Shown here: positions 50,463 through 64,000 of the stretch, in pieces | Numbering within the stretch: position 1 is the stretch's first letter | Layout of the letters: each line of letters starts with the position of its first letter | Assembly (NCBI RefSeq): GCF_009914755.1 | Contig: NC_060941.1 | From: the human T2T-CHM13v2.0 reference genome, Homo sapiens | Length of the DNA stretch: 64,000 bases | Reading direction: 5' to 3' (one strand) | Position numbers and translations under genes: made by a program | Notes under the pieces: model-generated | The model's input: only the letters and a program-made list of their open reading frames with translations | What the model was told of the DNA's origin: nothing | Databases searched by the model: none

Positions 50463-51706
50463 TAGCCTCAGGCATGCTTTTGGCTTTGGGCGCCTACCTA
50501 GAATCCATACAGAGAATCTGAGTGTCCTATACAGGTGTGCAGAAGAAACTAATCCAAAAGATCAGGATCTGGGGCCAAGAGAGAAAACTGCCTGCCCAGG
50601 AAAGAACCAACACAAGTCACCCGTCCACACGATGCCCTAGGGGCGGTCTCCAGGTCACCCAGGCTGAGCCCAGCCCAGTGAAGGGCTTCTCTGCTCTGCT
50701 TCCTTTGGGCCAATCCAGGTGGAAACCTATCGGTGGAACCTCTTCAGCCAACCAGGCTGTGCAGGAAGGAAGAAACAGCCCGAGTGGCAAACACACGTGA
50801 CTGCTAAGCCTCCGGTGGCCGCCTCTTGTGCAGGGTAAGGAGCCTCCCCCCGGGGAGCGGCCCCCACAGTGCACTGTGCTCATCCACAGCTGGGCCTCTG
50901 GCTAGCCAGGGTGGGAGAGAAAGGCTCTTGGAGGCTGCTGGAGCCTCCTTGGGCACCTAAACCATATAAATAAAGTGCGTGGGCTGCTTGGTGGCTCATT
51001 TTTAACTATAAACTGCCAAAAGACAAAAGACCAAAAGGGAAATGAGATGTCAGTTCCTCTCCATTATCCCTATCACAGACCTGCAGCCCAGACATGGCGG
51101 CCTCTCAGAGCTGTCTGGGAAGCCTTCTCGACCGGGGCAAGTTTGCACGCTCCAGGCCCAAGTTTCTCAGACCCGGGCTTCTGCTCAGCTCTGTAAAAAG
51201 CACCTTCTCTGTGCAAAGACACTTTGGCCAGCACTGCTCGGTTGCTGAAAGGACTTTTTGTCCCTTTCTGCAGGGAAAAGGAGAACCTGGGGTGTGTCTG
51301 CGAAGCGGTTTCTCCAACTAGCCCCAGAAACTCTTCCATACCACAGCGAAGGCAGCCGGCGTTTCCCCCTGAACTGCACCGACCCACGTGGAGGGCACAA
51401 GTCACACACAAGTTTGTTACTATTCCAGGACGACGGGGCAACTCAGCTTCCTCGGTCGGCCCAAGCTAGGACCACCACACGGCCTTCACTGCCCCACCAA
51501 AGGCGTGGTTCCTCCACCCACCTGCCTGACCTGCTTATATCTGGGTCTTCGCCATCACCTCCACATCTGCTTCTCTCCGCCCATCTTAGGGCTTCGCTTC
51601 CCCCCACCTCCCCAACCTCCCCCCCCTCCACCCCCTCCCCGTGCGCGTTTTCTCCTTCCCCATCCTGCTGTGAGGTCAGAATCCTGTGCTTACGACACCT
51701 CGGTCT

Positions 51707-51720
51707 GTTGCCATGGAAAC
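51707..51720. promoter_or_regulatory. RFX X-box GTTGCCATGGAAAC
   Basis: Canonical 14-bp X-box, followed by GGGGCGG and GGATTA. Motif only. Confidence 0.65.
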
Positions 51721-51739
51721 AGGGGCGGATTAAGGCTGG

Positions 51740-54120
51740 AGCGTGGAGCGCAGGGATCAGGCCCCTCGGCTACCTGAGCTCCCGCCTCAGCCGCTCCCGC
51801 AGGGCCGGGGCAGCCAGCCGCAGGCGCCGCGGCTTCTCAGCCTCCTGGCCGGGCCAGGCGCGGGGGGGATCCCGGCGGGGCGCCACAGCCTGCTCGGGCC
51901 TGGGAGGGGAGAGGCAGACGCAGAGGCTGGAACAGCTGGTGGCGGGGCCCGTGGGCTCCCGGCGTGATCACCTGCCCTCCCAGGGCCCGGGGGACGGCGC
52001 CCCGCGTGGCAACCACGTGGGGGCGCGGCGGGACTTCCCCGGTGCCCGCACCAACTTTGCCGCGCTCCGTACCGGGCCGGGCTGCTGGGGCGTCTAGCTA
52101 CGGTGGTCGCGAAGCCAGCTGTCCTCAAGTTGAGCTGTGCACCGGTCGCGCACACTGGCGGCACGGCTTTCGCGTCCCTCCGCTCCCAGCATAATGAAAG
52201 TTTGAGGAACTGGACATCAGGCGCTGGCCGCTCCCCACCCTCAGCCGCTGGGTGCCCAGAGCCCATCCCTGGCGATCAGAGCAGAACTGCAGAGAAGACG
52301 TCCGCGTCCGGGCCCCGTCTGGGGAGCTAGGGCGCGCGGGGAGCGCCCGGGCCGCGCGGTCACTGACCGCTGGCTGCACGGGGGCGCCGTGCGGACTCGG
52401 CCTCCACAAAGCGGCAGAAGCAAGGGCGTGTGCCCGCGCAGGGAATGGAGGCTGCAAGTGCAAAACTTTATCCCAGCAAAGCAAAGGTCCCAGGAGGCCG
52501 GCTCCCCTTCCACCACCGGCCGCTCACTCTGGTCTCCGACTGACCCCTCCGGGCCGGATCTCTAGGCCTGGCCACTCGATCCATGGAGAAAACCCCGTGT
52601 CTCACAACTGGCCGCTGACGGGAGCTGAGCCCCAGCAGCAGCCCCTCGGCGGGTGCGCCCGGCAAAACCCACCAGCCCGCCGGGGGCTACTTCCCAGACC
52701 GGGAGCCCCGGCGCCGGGCGGCGCCCGGGCTCGCGGCTCTTTCCGGAGCGCATTCAACTTCAACTTGCCCCTGCGGCTCCAACTCACCTTTGCGAAGCAT
52801 GTTGGCCACGGGGCCGCCGCTCCGAGGTCGGCCTAGGCGCACTCCCTCCCGGGGTCCAGATTCAAATCCCTGGGCGCCAGCTGCAGCTAATCCGAGCGCG
52901 TCGAGGCGGGGGCAAGCCGGGGATCCGCTCGTGCCCGGTGGCCCGGCCCCGCAGGGGCATGGTGAGCTCCAGCCCCGCGCCGAGGGCACCGGCGCCCGCA
53001 AGCAACCGTGGTGCTGCCCGGCAGCCCCGCGCGCTTGCTCAGCCCCGGGGCGAGCGGCTTGCTCCGCGGAGCCGGCGGCCTGCTTCTGCCACCCGGAGCA
53101 CTTCGCAGGCGGTTTTGAGGGGGGACGCCGCCCCCTGGCCGGCCGGCCGCAGCCCCCTCCTCTCCGCCCCCTCGGACCACCGCCGCCGCGGCTGCAGCAA
53201 AAGGGCGCTCGCACGCACCGCCGAGCTCCGGGGAAAGCGCCCGGCGCGCGTTTGCAGGACCGAGCGATCGGCGGAGCGGGGCGCCTCCCTTCCTCCCCCC
53301 GGCTTCCCCCTCCTCTCCTCCTCCCTCCCTCCCTTGCTCTCTAGCTCCCTCCCTCTCGCTCCGCTCCCCGCCCCCGCTCACGGAGCGCCTCCCATACAAA
53401 ATTTATGAAAGTGCTCTCAGCTCGCAGTGCCGAGCGCCGTCCTATTCCCAAGGCAGCAGCGCTCAGCCGCGCGGCGCCGCCTCCCAAGGTGTTTTCACTG
53501 CGCCCGCCCCCGGGGAAGATGCTCGGCCCGCGTCCGTCCAGGCACCTGCCCCCAGTCCCCAAGCCGGTCCTCGGACCACTCCACGCCCCTCCCCGGCCCC
53601 GCAGGCCTCCTGGAGCCCGAACCCGCAGCCCAGCCCCCGCCCGCTCGCCCTTCGCGGCTGGAGGTCATCGGGAGACGCGGCTGGGACGCGAGGACCGCCG
53701 CCCAGAGTACGGATCGCGAGTCCGCTCCCTGCCCCGTCTCCTCCCTGGCCAGCGCCCCTTCTCCCAGTCTCGACGGCTCTTCCCCGCACTGAACAGCTCC
53801 AGCGAACCCGGCTGCCCCGCACCCCGAGTCCCAGGACACTGTTCTTTCGTGGGGAGAGGAGGGGAGCAAGCATTCGGAAAGGGCCAGCTGCAAATTCCAG
53901 GGAGAAGGAAGGACCCGTGCGGGTTCGGGTGGGCCGTCTCCGCCTGGGTGGGGTGGCGGCGGGGGGTCTCTGATCTCCCTTGGTCCACACAGACCCCGCC
54001 GGGGGGTTCGCGGAAAATGGAGGAGGCGCCGCTTGGAAAGCGGGTCCCGCAGGGGCCTGTTGAGCTGAGGGAAGAGAAGGTTCGGGCCAGGCGAGATCCT
54101 GGGTGGAGGCGGCACCCCCT
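51740..54120. promoter_or_regulatory. RTN4RL1: CpG island / promoter and 5'UTR of RTN4RL1
   Basis: Very high GC and CpG density, GC boxes, a CT-rich tract at 53285-53375 and a minus-strand TATA-like CATAAAT at 53407-53401. The TSS cannot be fixed from sequence alone. Confidence 0.85.
52788..52800 (-). CDS. RTN4RL1: RTN4RL1 (NgR3 / reticulon-4 receptor-like 1) exon 1 coding part: M-L-R-K plus the first base of Gly
   Basis: Minus strand reads GCCAAC ATG CTT CGC AAA G|gtgagt: Kozak A at -3 and a consensus donor. It matches the recalled N-terminus MLRKGCCVELL, lies in a CpG island and is divergent from DPH1 as expected. Confidence 0.9.
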
Positions 54121-54516
54121 GCTGGCCTGGGATCAGAGGGATTCGGAGAGAAGAAAAAGCGGATGGACCAAGGCTGTCATTCAACACACATTCACCGAAG
54201 GCTCAGCATGTGTGGGGCACTACTGTTCCTGAAAATTCAGCAGACGAAAAAGACTTGTCTTTGCCCTGTCCTCAAGGAGTTTCCATTTTAATAGGGGCCA
54301 AATGAGGAAAGTCCAGAGAAGATGGGAAGATTGTGCTTCGAAGAAAAACAAGCAGAGTATTGTTCTGGAGCTGACACGGGGGTAGAGGTGGCAGTCAAGG
54401 AAAGCTGCTCTGAGCAGGTGACATCCAAGCAGAAATCCAACTGAATCCCTCCTTGTAGGAAAAGGTGACATGATAGGAAGGTCAAAAAGAAGGTCAGGGC
54501 CGGGCGCGGTGGCTCA

Positions 54517-55161
<645 letters not shown>

Positions 55162-57235
55162 CTAAGGCTCTGGGCTTGGACTTCCAGAAGCTTCAGGTGT
55201 CGTGGGAAAAGAAAGACCCGCAAACCATCTTAGAGTGTGACTGACAGAAGTCACAAAGACTGCGAAAGGGCTCTGCTAGCTCTGCCAGGGGCTACCAGAT
55301 AATCAGGAAACAGTCACAGAAGAGGTGCCCTTGGAGTTAGGTCTTGAAGGCTGAGTTCACCACACTAAGAAGGGGGAAGGGCATTCCACGTAGATGCTTG
55401 AAGGTGAGAAGTAACCTTGTTCTGAAGATAGATAAGATTGGTCCTTCCTGAGGACCATGGGCTCACACCTATAATCTCACCACTTTGGAAGGCTGGGGTG
55501 GGAGGATTGCTTGAGGCCAGGAGTTTGAGACCAGCCTGGGCAACAGTGTGAGACTCCATCTCTATTTCAAAAAAAATGTTTAAAGATAAAAAAAGATGGA
55601 TGGCTGCTACTCTGGGCACACTGCCCATGGCCACAGGAGCAGTTAAACACGAACAAAAAAAGATTGGTCCCTCTTGGCGTAGAACAGAAGGTGAGGTATT
55701 CCTTCTCTTAGCCACCAGCTACAAGGCAGTGCTCACCCCACTGCCTGCCTTAGCCCTGACACTGGGAGCCTGAGAGGTCCTCTGTAAGTACACCGAGGCC
55801 CAGAGAGGATGAACAACTTGCTCAACGTCACATCACAGATCAGCGATAAAGTGTGGGCCTGACTCAGGGCCTGAATGTGGGATAATCCTCCTTCCACCTC
55901 TCCAAGCCGCCTCCCCATGACCCCCTAGCCCACAAACTCTAGCGTCTTAGGAAAAGTTGGCTGGGGCTGGGCGTGAGTGTGAGAAGCAGAGTTATTTCAG
56001 GCCTCAGGAGGGTTGGGTGCTGCCTTGGAGTCCAGCCAGGGAGTGGGGGCGAGTGAAGGCGGGTGTTGTGGTGTACTGTGGGGGTGCACTGTGCCCGCCT
56101 TCTTGTCAGGCAGTAATTACTCAGACTGCTGAGTAACTCAGGCAGGGAGACCCCCACAGACAGATGGAGGTGCCCTCAGCCCAAGCTGAATGGCAGCCCC
56201 CAATGTCCTGCACCACGGAGTCTTGGGGAAGCATTCTCACATCTGTTCTTCATGTCCAGTTCTCCTAGGCATCATCCGGCTTCCTAATGGGGGCCAGGGC
56301 AGCTCATTAGGCACAGCGGGTGCGGGGCAATGTTACTAGAGGGATGGGACTTTTGCCATCAAACAGGCCCCACCTCTGATGAGGGAAAGGTCCCAAGGGA
56401 TATGGCGCCTGCTAGGGAGAAGCCATTGCTCAGTTGGAGCCAGTCCTTTCCCCTTGAAACTCCATGCTGCAGTCACAGCTAAGGCTGTCCACAGGCTGGG
56501 CAGCAGTGTCCTGAGAGAGGAGGGGCTGAGCTCCCAGAATTCAGATCTTGCACCCTGGGGATCCAGAGAAGCTGGGGGGAGATGGGAAGGTCTAGTCCGG
56601 ACGCTTATCGAGTTGAGGGGAGTGTTCCTGGGACCCACATTGGTCACTTTTCTGTCTAGAGCTACCTGTCCTAAGAGTGCCGGTGGCCTGGGGGGCACAG
56701 CACTGACCCTTGGTGATGGTCCCTCAGCTGCTCACTCCCTGCCTGTCCAGCCATTCCTCCTCTCTGGGCAGCCTCCCAGGCAGGGCCTGTCTCTGGCTGC
56801 TTGTTTTTACTTCTCCCTGCACCTTAATTAGGGGTTTCCAAGCAGGGAGGGCCTCTGGGGGAGCCCGAGGACACAGAGCTGACTTAAAGGGCCAGCTGTG
56901 ATCACAGCACCACCGCAGAGAGAGGAGGAGGATGCCAGGGGGCTGGGTAGACCGTCAGCCCTGGAAGACCATTGTTCCACGGGACAGACTGCTGAGGGCC
57001 AGTCCTGCAGGTACTTTGCTCTTCCACAGGTCAAAGCCGTCTCACTGGCTGTCTTCTCTTTGGGGTCTCTGGGGCTCTGGCCAGTGATCAGGAGAAAGAC
57101 CAGCCCTGAGGGGCAGGGCAAAGGTTGGCCAGGGTCCAGAAGGGTTAGACATCACAGTCCTCCACTGCCCACCTTCCCAGGAAAGCACCCTCAGGCTGTG
57201 GGCCTTCCCCAGAGGGGCAGTTTCTACAGGGTCTA

Positions 57236-57563
<328 letters not shown>

Positions 57564-57899
57564 TTAAAAAGCTGATAAGGGCGATCCACAAACCTGCACC
57601 AAGACTCTCAACTTGGAGCTGGGCTGGTGGTCCCTGAGTTCTGTCCTGCCGGACAGTGGAGTCCCCCTAGGTAGGGAACGTGGCCCCACACGGCGGCCGG
57701 GTGACCGACCACTGCTTACCAGGAGGGGAGACTGGCAGGGGGGGCTCAAGGAACATCTGGTGGGTGTCCCCTTCACAAGACTCGGCCTGCAGAGTTCGTG
57801 CAGGGAGTTCGCACATAGGAGAGCACCGGTCCGGGAGTGCCAGGCTCGTGCCCGGCCGGGGAGAGGAGTGGGAGACTAAGTCGCAGGGCAAGGGCAACT

Positions 57900-58500
57900 G
57901 CATAGTCGGGGACCTCTAGGGAATCCTGAGTCCCGGCATTCTGGGCTGGGGTGGAGCCCACTACAGCCCCGCCCCTATCTCCTCCTTTATGGCCCCGCCC
58001 AGCGGGTATCCCCCGCCCCCGCTGACCGATCGGCGATCGATCGCAATGTCTGCGCTCTCCGCGTTCTTCCAGCGCTGTCTTTTTAGTACCACATGCGCAG
58101 GCAGGTGATGGCGGCGCTGGTCGTATCCGGGGCAGCGGAGCAGGGCGGCCGAGACGGCCCTGGCAGAGGTGGGTGCTGGAACGCTGCGCCCTCCAGACCT
58201 CGCATCTCGGGGCGGGGCCCCCAAGTTAGGGACAGGACCAACCCCCTTTAACGGCGGCGGCGCCTTTCTCCGCTAGATCCCGCTGTTAGTCGCCTTGGGC
58301 CGCTGTCACCAGCTCGGGGTCGCTGTCAGCCGGAGCCCAGGGGTACCAGTCTTTTGCAGCTTTAGGGCACGACCGAGAGCAGCCCTTAATCCTCCAATCG
58401 GAAACTACAGCCTTGTCTTGGCGGGTAGACGGATAAAATGGACTCGACGGGGAGGGAAAGGGCCAGGCCAGATGCAGCGGGCATTTTACGAGTGCGCCCT
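57900..58500 (+). promoter_or_regulatory. DPH1: DPH1 CpG-island promoter
   Basis: GC boxes at about 57967-58020, an NRF1-like CATGCGCAGGC over ATG1 and a YY1-like GATGGCGG over ATG2; no TATA box. Confidence 0.85.
58093..58168 (+). CDS. DPH1: DPH1 exon 1 coding part, MRRQVMAALVVSGAAEQGGRDGPGR-G; second in-frame ATG at 58108
   Basis: Translation matches the recalled human DPH1 N-terminus. Donor AG|gtgggt at 58168/58169; phase 1 joins exon 2 in frame. Confidence 0.95.
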
Positions 58501-59279
58501 CAGGGAATGCTTTCAGGGAAGAGGCAAAAGGTTTCATTCGCCAGGCATTAACTGAGCGCCCACCGAATGCCAGGCCTGCGCTGGGTGCAGGTACTAGAAT
58601 CAGAGATCTCAGTCTACTGGGGGAATGTTAATGTAAACATATCATAGCCACGTGATAAAGGAGGAGGTGCCTACTGGTCCCTGGGACACATTGAAGGGCT
58701 AATGTTAGCAGTTCCTTACACGCCAGCGACCACTAGGGACCTGTCAGAGGAGGATCTGTAATGGGCCTAGGAAGCCTAGGCTGATTGTCCAAGGCTTTTG
58801 AAACAACTGGCCAAAAACCATAGCAGTGGTAACGTTCAAATCGGATCTCAGGGCCCCAGCCTCCGCTGGACCATCCCCACCGCCGCCCACACAGTGGGTG
58901 AAGCCTCATGTCTGGGCGGGTCCCTCCTATCATAGTGTGGGGCCCTAGCAGAAGTTGTGGCACATAGCACAGTCTCAATACATATTCGTTGAATAAGTTA
59001 ATTTCTTGCCTTTTCATATCCTCAGACTCTGTGGCTCCTGAAGAGATAACGGGGTTGAACTAAGCTTAATTGTCGGGGCAGGGCATAGTGGCTTACACCT
59101 TTAGTCTGAGCACTTTGGGAGGCTAAGGAGGATTGTGTGAGCCCAGGAATTCCACACCAGTCTGGGAAACATAGGGGGACCCTGTATGCACAAAAAAATA
59201 AAAAATAGCCGTGCGTGGCCGGGCACGGTGGCTTACACCTGTAATCCCAGCACTCTGGGAGGCTGAGGCGGGCGGATTA

Positions 59280-59559
<280 letters not shown>

Positions 59560-60506
59560 CTAGCTACTGGGGAGGCTGAGGTGGGAGGATTATCGTTTGA
59601 GCCCAGGACGTCGAGGCCGCAGTGGACCATGATTGCACCCCTGCACTCCAGCCTGGGTGATGGAGTGAGACCCTGCCTTAAAAAATAATAAGATGAATTG
59701 TTTATTCAGCTTATTATTTTTTATCCTACTTAGGAGTAGGATGAGACCAGAGTAAGAGTTGCAGTTTGCTAAGGGCTACGGTTTCCCCTTTACTCCAGGA
59801 GTTGTAATTATGTGTATACCTGTCTTTTCCCCCACTAGACTGCTGGTCCCTAAGGGACAAGGTCACTTTTCTGTCCTTACTGGTACGTCCACCACCCTGA
59901 CTCAAGTGTTCTTTCCATCCTTCCTGGTTTAAGAGTAAGGAGGAGCAATGGGACAGCTAAGTCAGTTAAATGTATGATGTTTATTTCCCTTTTAAATGAG
60001 GAGAGGTAAGCGTGAAAGAACGAACAGTGTGGCCACAGTCAGTGGGGTTCTGAGTCAGGAGGGCAGTCTTTTAAGTTAGTATTCATGTTTAACGGTTTGC
60101 TTATAGACCTCATATCTAGAAGCTCAAAACTTCAAGGTGTCCTCAGGAGGTGGGAGAGGGGGGACATTCTCCCAGGCTGGCTGGGCTGGCTAGACTGACT
60201 CTTAGGTTTTCCGCAGGGCTGTTCTCTATCAGGGAGCAGTATATGGACTCAGACTCATTCTTTGCCCCTTAGCCCCTGGTGTCACCTCTGTTCTCCTGAG
60301 GAAGAAGGTGAGCCATATTCTATTCATGGGCTCAAGTCTTCGATTCCCAGTGATTTCACAACATGGAAATTATACCGGTTACCTTCTGGCTTAATGAATT
60401 GTCTCTACCTTCAGGATGAATTCAGTGAGAACGAAAGCTGGGCCAACCCCCTTGGTGTCTGGATCTGGCCCTTAAACTTGGTGGAGTTAACAGCTTAGCT
60501 GGGTCT

Positions 60507-61853
<1,347 letters not shown>

Positions 61854-62384
61854 TAAAGCCCTGGTGGCGGGCATTTTTTCCTTCTGAACCTCCACCTTCC
61901 CCCTTTCCCTCCCACAACCATACACACACTCAGGGAAAACCCAAAACAAATCTCCCAGCTTGCTGAGAGCCCTGCTTGTCCCTGCAAATCCCCCCTCCCC
62001 TAAACATTTGGGACAGAGAAAGAAATCAATCCCAGTGTCTTCAAAGCTAGACCCAGAGCAGGTGGTAGGACCTGGGGAGGACCCTAAGAATTCTCCAAGC
62101 TGCCCCTGAAATGCGCTGAGTGATCAGTGGGAGGTCTGCCGGTCGGGGGCGGTGGGGGGCACCTGTTCCTCGGGCACATTTGGGGAAGTAGGGCAAGGAT
62201 GGGTTTGGAGTGGGAGGTGCCTGGGAGAAGGTATTCAGTTCCTCTACATCCTACCCCTGTCACTCTAAGTTTCTGCAATACAATGAGCCATCCTTGGTGG
62301 GGAGGGTGAGAGCTCAGCCATCTGGAACCAGCACAGGAACAGGGGAGGGGAACGAAGAAAGGGGAGGTCATCTCATGCTGGGAA

Positions 62385-62842
62385 CCTCCCACTCCCCTGC
62401 TGCCCCATCGCCCTCCCCTGCTCCTCCCTCCCCCTCCCCTTCTCCCCCATCCCCCTCCCCTGCTCCCCCATCCCCTGCTGCCCCATCCCCCTCCCCTGCT
62501 GCCACCCTCCCTCCCCTGCTCCCCCAAACCTCTCTTCTCCCCCCTTCCCCTCCCCTGCTCCCCCTCTCTCCCCTCCCCTTCCCCCTCCCCTGCTCCCCCT
62601 CCCCTCCCCTGCTCCCCATCCCCCTCCCCAGTTTCCCCATCCCCTCCCCTGCTGCCCCATTCCCCTCCCCTACTCCCCCTTCCCCCTCCCCTGCTCCCCC
62701 CTCCCCTGCTGCCCCCTCCCCTCCTCCCCCACTCCCCTGCTGCCCCCTCCCCTCCTCCCCCACTCCCCTGCTGCCCCATCCCCCTCCCCTGCTGCTGCCC
62801 CATCCCCCTCCCCTGCTGCTGCCCTCCCTCCCCTGCTGCCCC
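62385..62842. repeat. C-rich degenerate minisatellite (core CCCCTCCCCTGCT) in DPH1 intron 3
   Basis: About 460 bp of C runs; G occurs almost only in TGC. Confidence 0.9.
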
Positions 62843-63359
62843 ATCTTGTTGCCACAGACTCACTTCCCTGCTCCCACCGTCTTGCCCCTTGGGGATGCTC
62901 TCTGGGGCTCAGGCCAATTTGCATACATTTTAATCTATAAAAAATTAAGTGCTGTGGCTGACTTAGACGCCTGGGCTGCATTCTAAGGAGGTGAATAATC
63001 TGCTTCTGGGCACAGCCTGATTTGGGGAAGGGGGTGGAGGAGGGGGTGACTAGCAGGAGCTCAACTCTTCCACTGCCACACCCCCAGGGGAAGGATGGGG
63101 GGACCCCAGTCACTGAGCCAGGCTCCACGCCCCAAGTGTGAGTCTCTTTCAAGGAAGAGGGGGTTCTCCTCCATTCCTAGGGTGAGTTCAGGGGTACAAG
63201 GTCTTCCCCACCCACCCCCTCCCCCAGTGATTCAGGCCTGGCAGCAGTTCCCACGGCAGTGTTCTGGCCAGAGCCTCCTCTTCCTGATGCAGGAGGCGTG
63301 TAGGTGGTGCCATGTGCTATGGGGGAGCTGTGCCTGGGTCCCCCCATCCTGGGCACCAA

Positions 63360-63466
63360 GGGCCCTGCCTGCGGTGGGGAGGTAGCGGGGGTCCAGGCGA
63401 GGGGGCCCTGCCTGTGGTGGGGAGGGGGTGGGGGCCCTGCCTGTGGTGGGGAGGGAGTGGGGGTCC
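63360..63466 (+). repeat. Three copies of GGGCCCTGCCTGYGGTGGGGAGG with G-runs
   Basis: Read directly. Confidence 0.8.
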
Positions 63467-63795
63467 CGGCAAGAGGGAGGCTGTGTGTATTCATACAGCC
63501 ACGCCCATGCCCACCACAGCACTCAGCGCGGGAGTGAGGACCTTTGGGTGTGTGTGCGTGCTCACGGCTCTGGGTGGGTGAGTCAGGGCATGGGGCGTCT
63601 GTGTTTTGACCCCACGTGTGCCGGAGTGAGGGTTGGGGTCCCTCCTGCAGCCTGAGCCTGGGTAGAGGAATGAGGGTCCTCACGCAGCAACAGTTCCAGG
63701 AGCGGCTGCCAGGCTGGGGCAGGCGGCAGCTGTGCCCCTCCTAATCTTTGTTGGCAGAAGTGGCAGCTGCCATCCCGAGGAACTGGGAGAGGTAG

Positions 63796-64000
<205 letters not shown>

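Noticed and set aside
51258-54232. ORFs of 150-280 aa across the RTN4RL1 island, including a stop-free in-frame extension upstream of MLRKG
   Set aside because: Stop scarcity is expected at this GC content and there is no in-frame upstream ATG. An extension would displace the signal peptide.
62084-62986. Pro-rich and Gly-rich ORFs of about 258 aa
   Set aside because: They are translations of the C-rich intronic repeat.

Overview
This is Alu-dense, GC-rich human DNA that I recognise as the RTN4RL1 / DPH1 divergent locus (17p13.3, from memory of the two proteins). Bases 1-52787 are part of the large first intron of RTN4RL1 (Nogo-66 receptor homologue NgR3, minus strand). Its first exon contributes only 13 coding nt (ATG CTT CGC AAA G, 52800-52788). 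DPH1 (diphthamide biosynthesis, radical-SAM [4Fe-4S] subunit, plus strand) starts at about 58.1 kb; exons 1-3 and the start of exon 4 splice in frame. The rest is more than 60 Alus and fragments, several LTRs, a Tigger3, L1/L2/MIR relics, four CpG islands and tandem repeats. There is no prokaryotic system, CRISPR array or new protein-coding gene; almost all track ORFs are Alu, tandem-repeat or GC-richness artefacts. I cannot claim a new biological system. The best leads are regulatory: (1) a 30-bp x 11 tandem repeat that multiplies the TATA region of an old ERVL LTR; (2) a candidate poison exon in DPH1 intron 1; (3) two consensus RFX X-boxes in separate RTN4RL1 CpG islands, one beside a heptamer repeat with seven MTF-1 MRE cores; (4) uORFs upstream of both genes; (5) a C-rich/G-rich pair of tracts in DPH1 intron 3. 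Repeat subfamily names and boundaries are read by eye and approximate.
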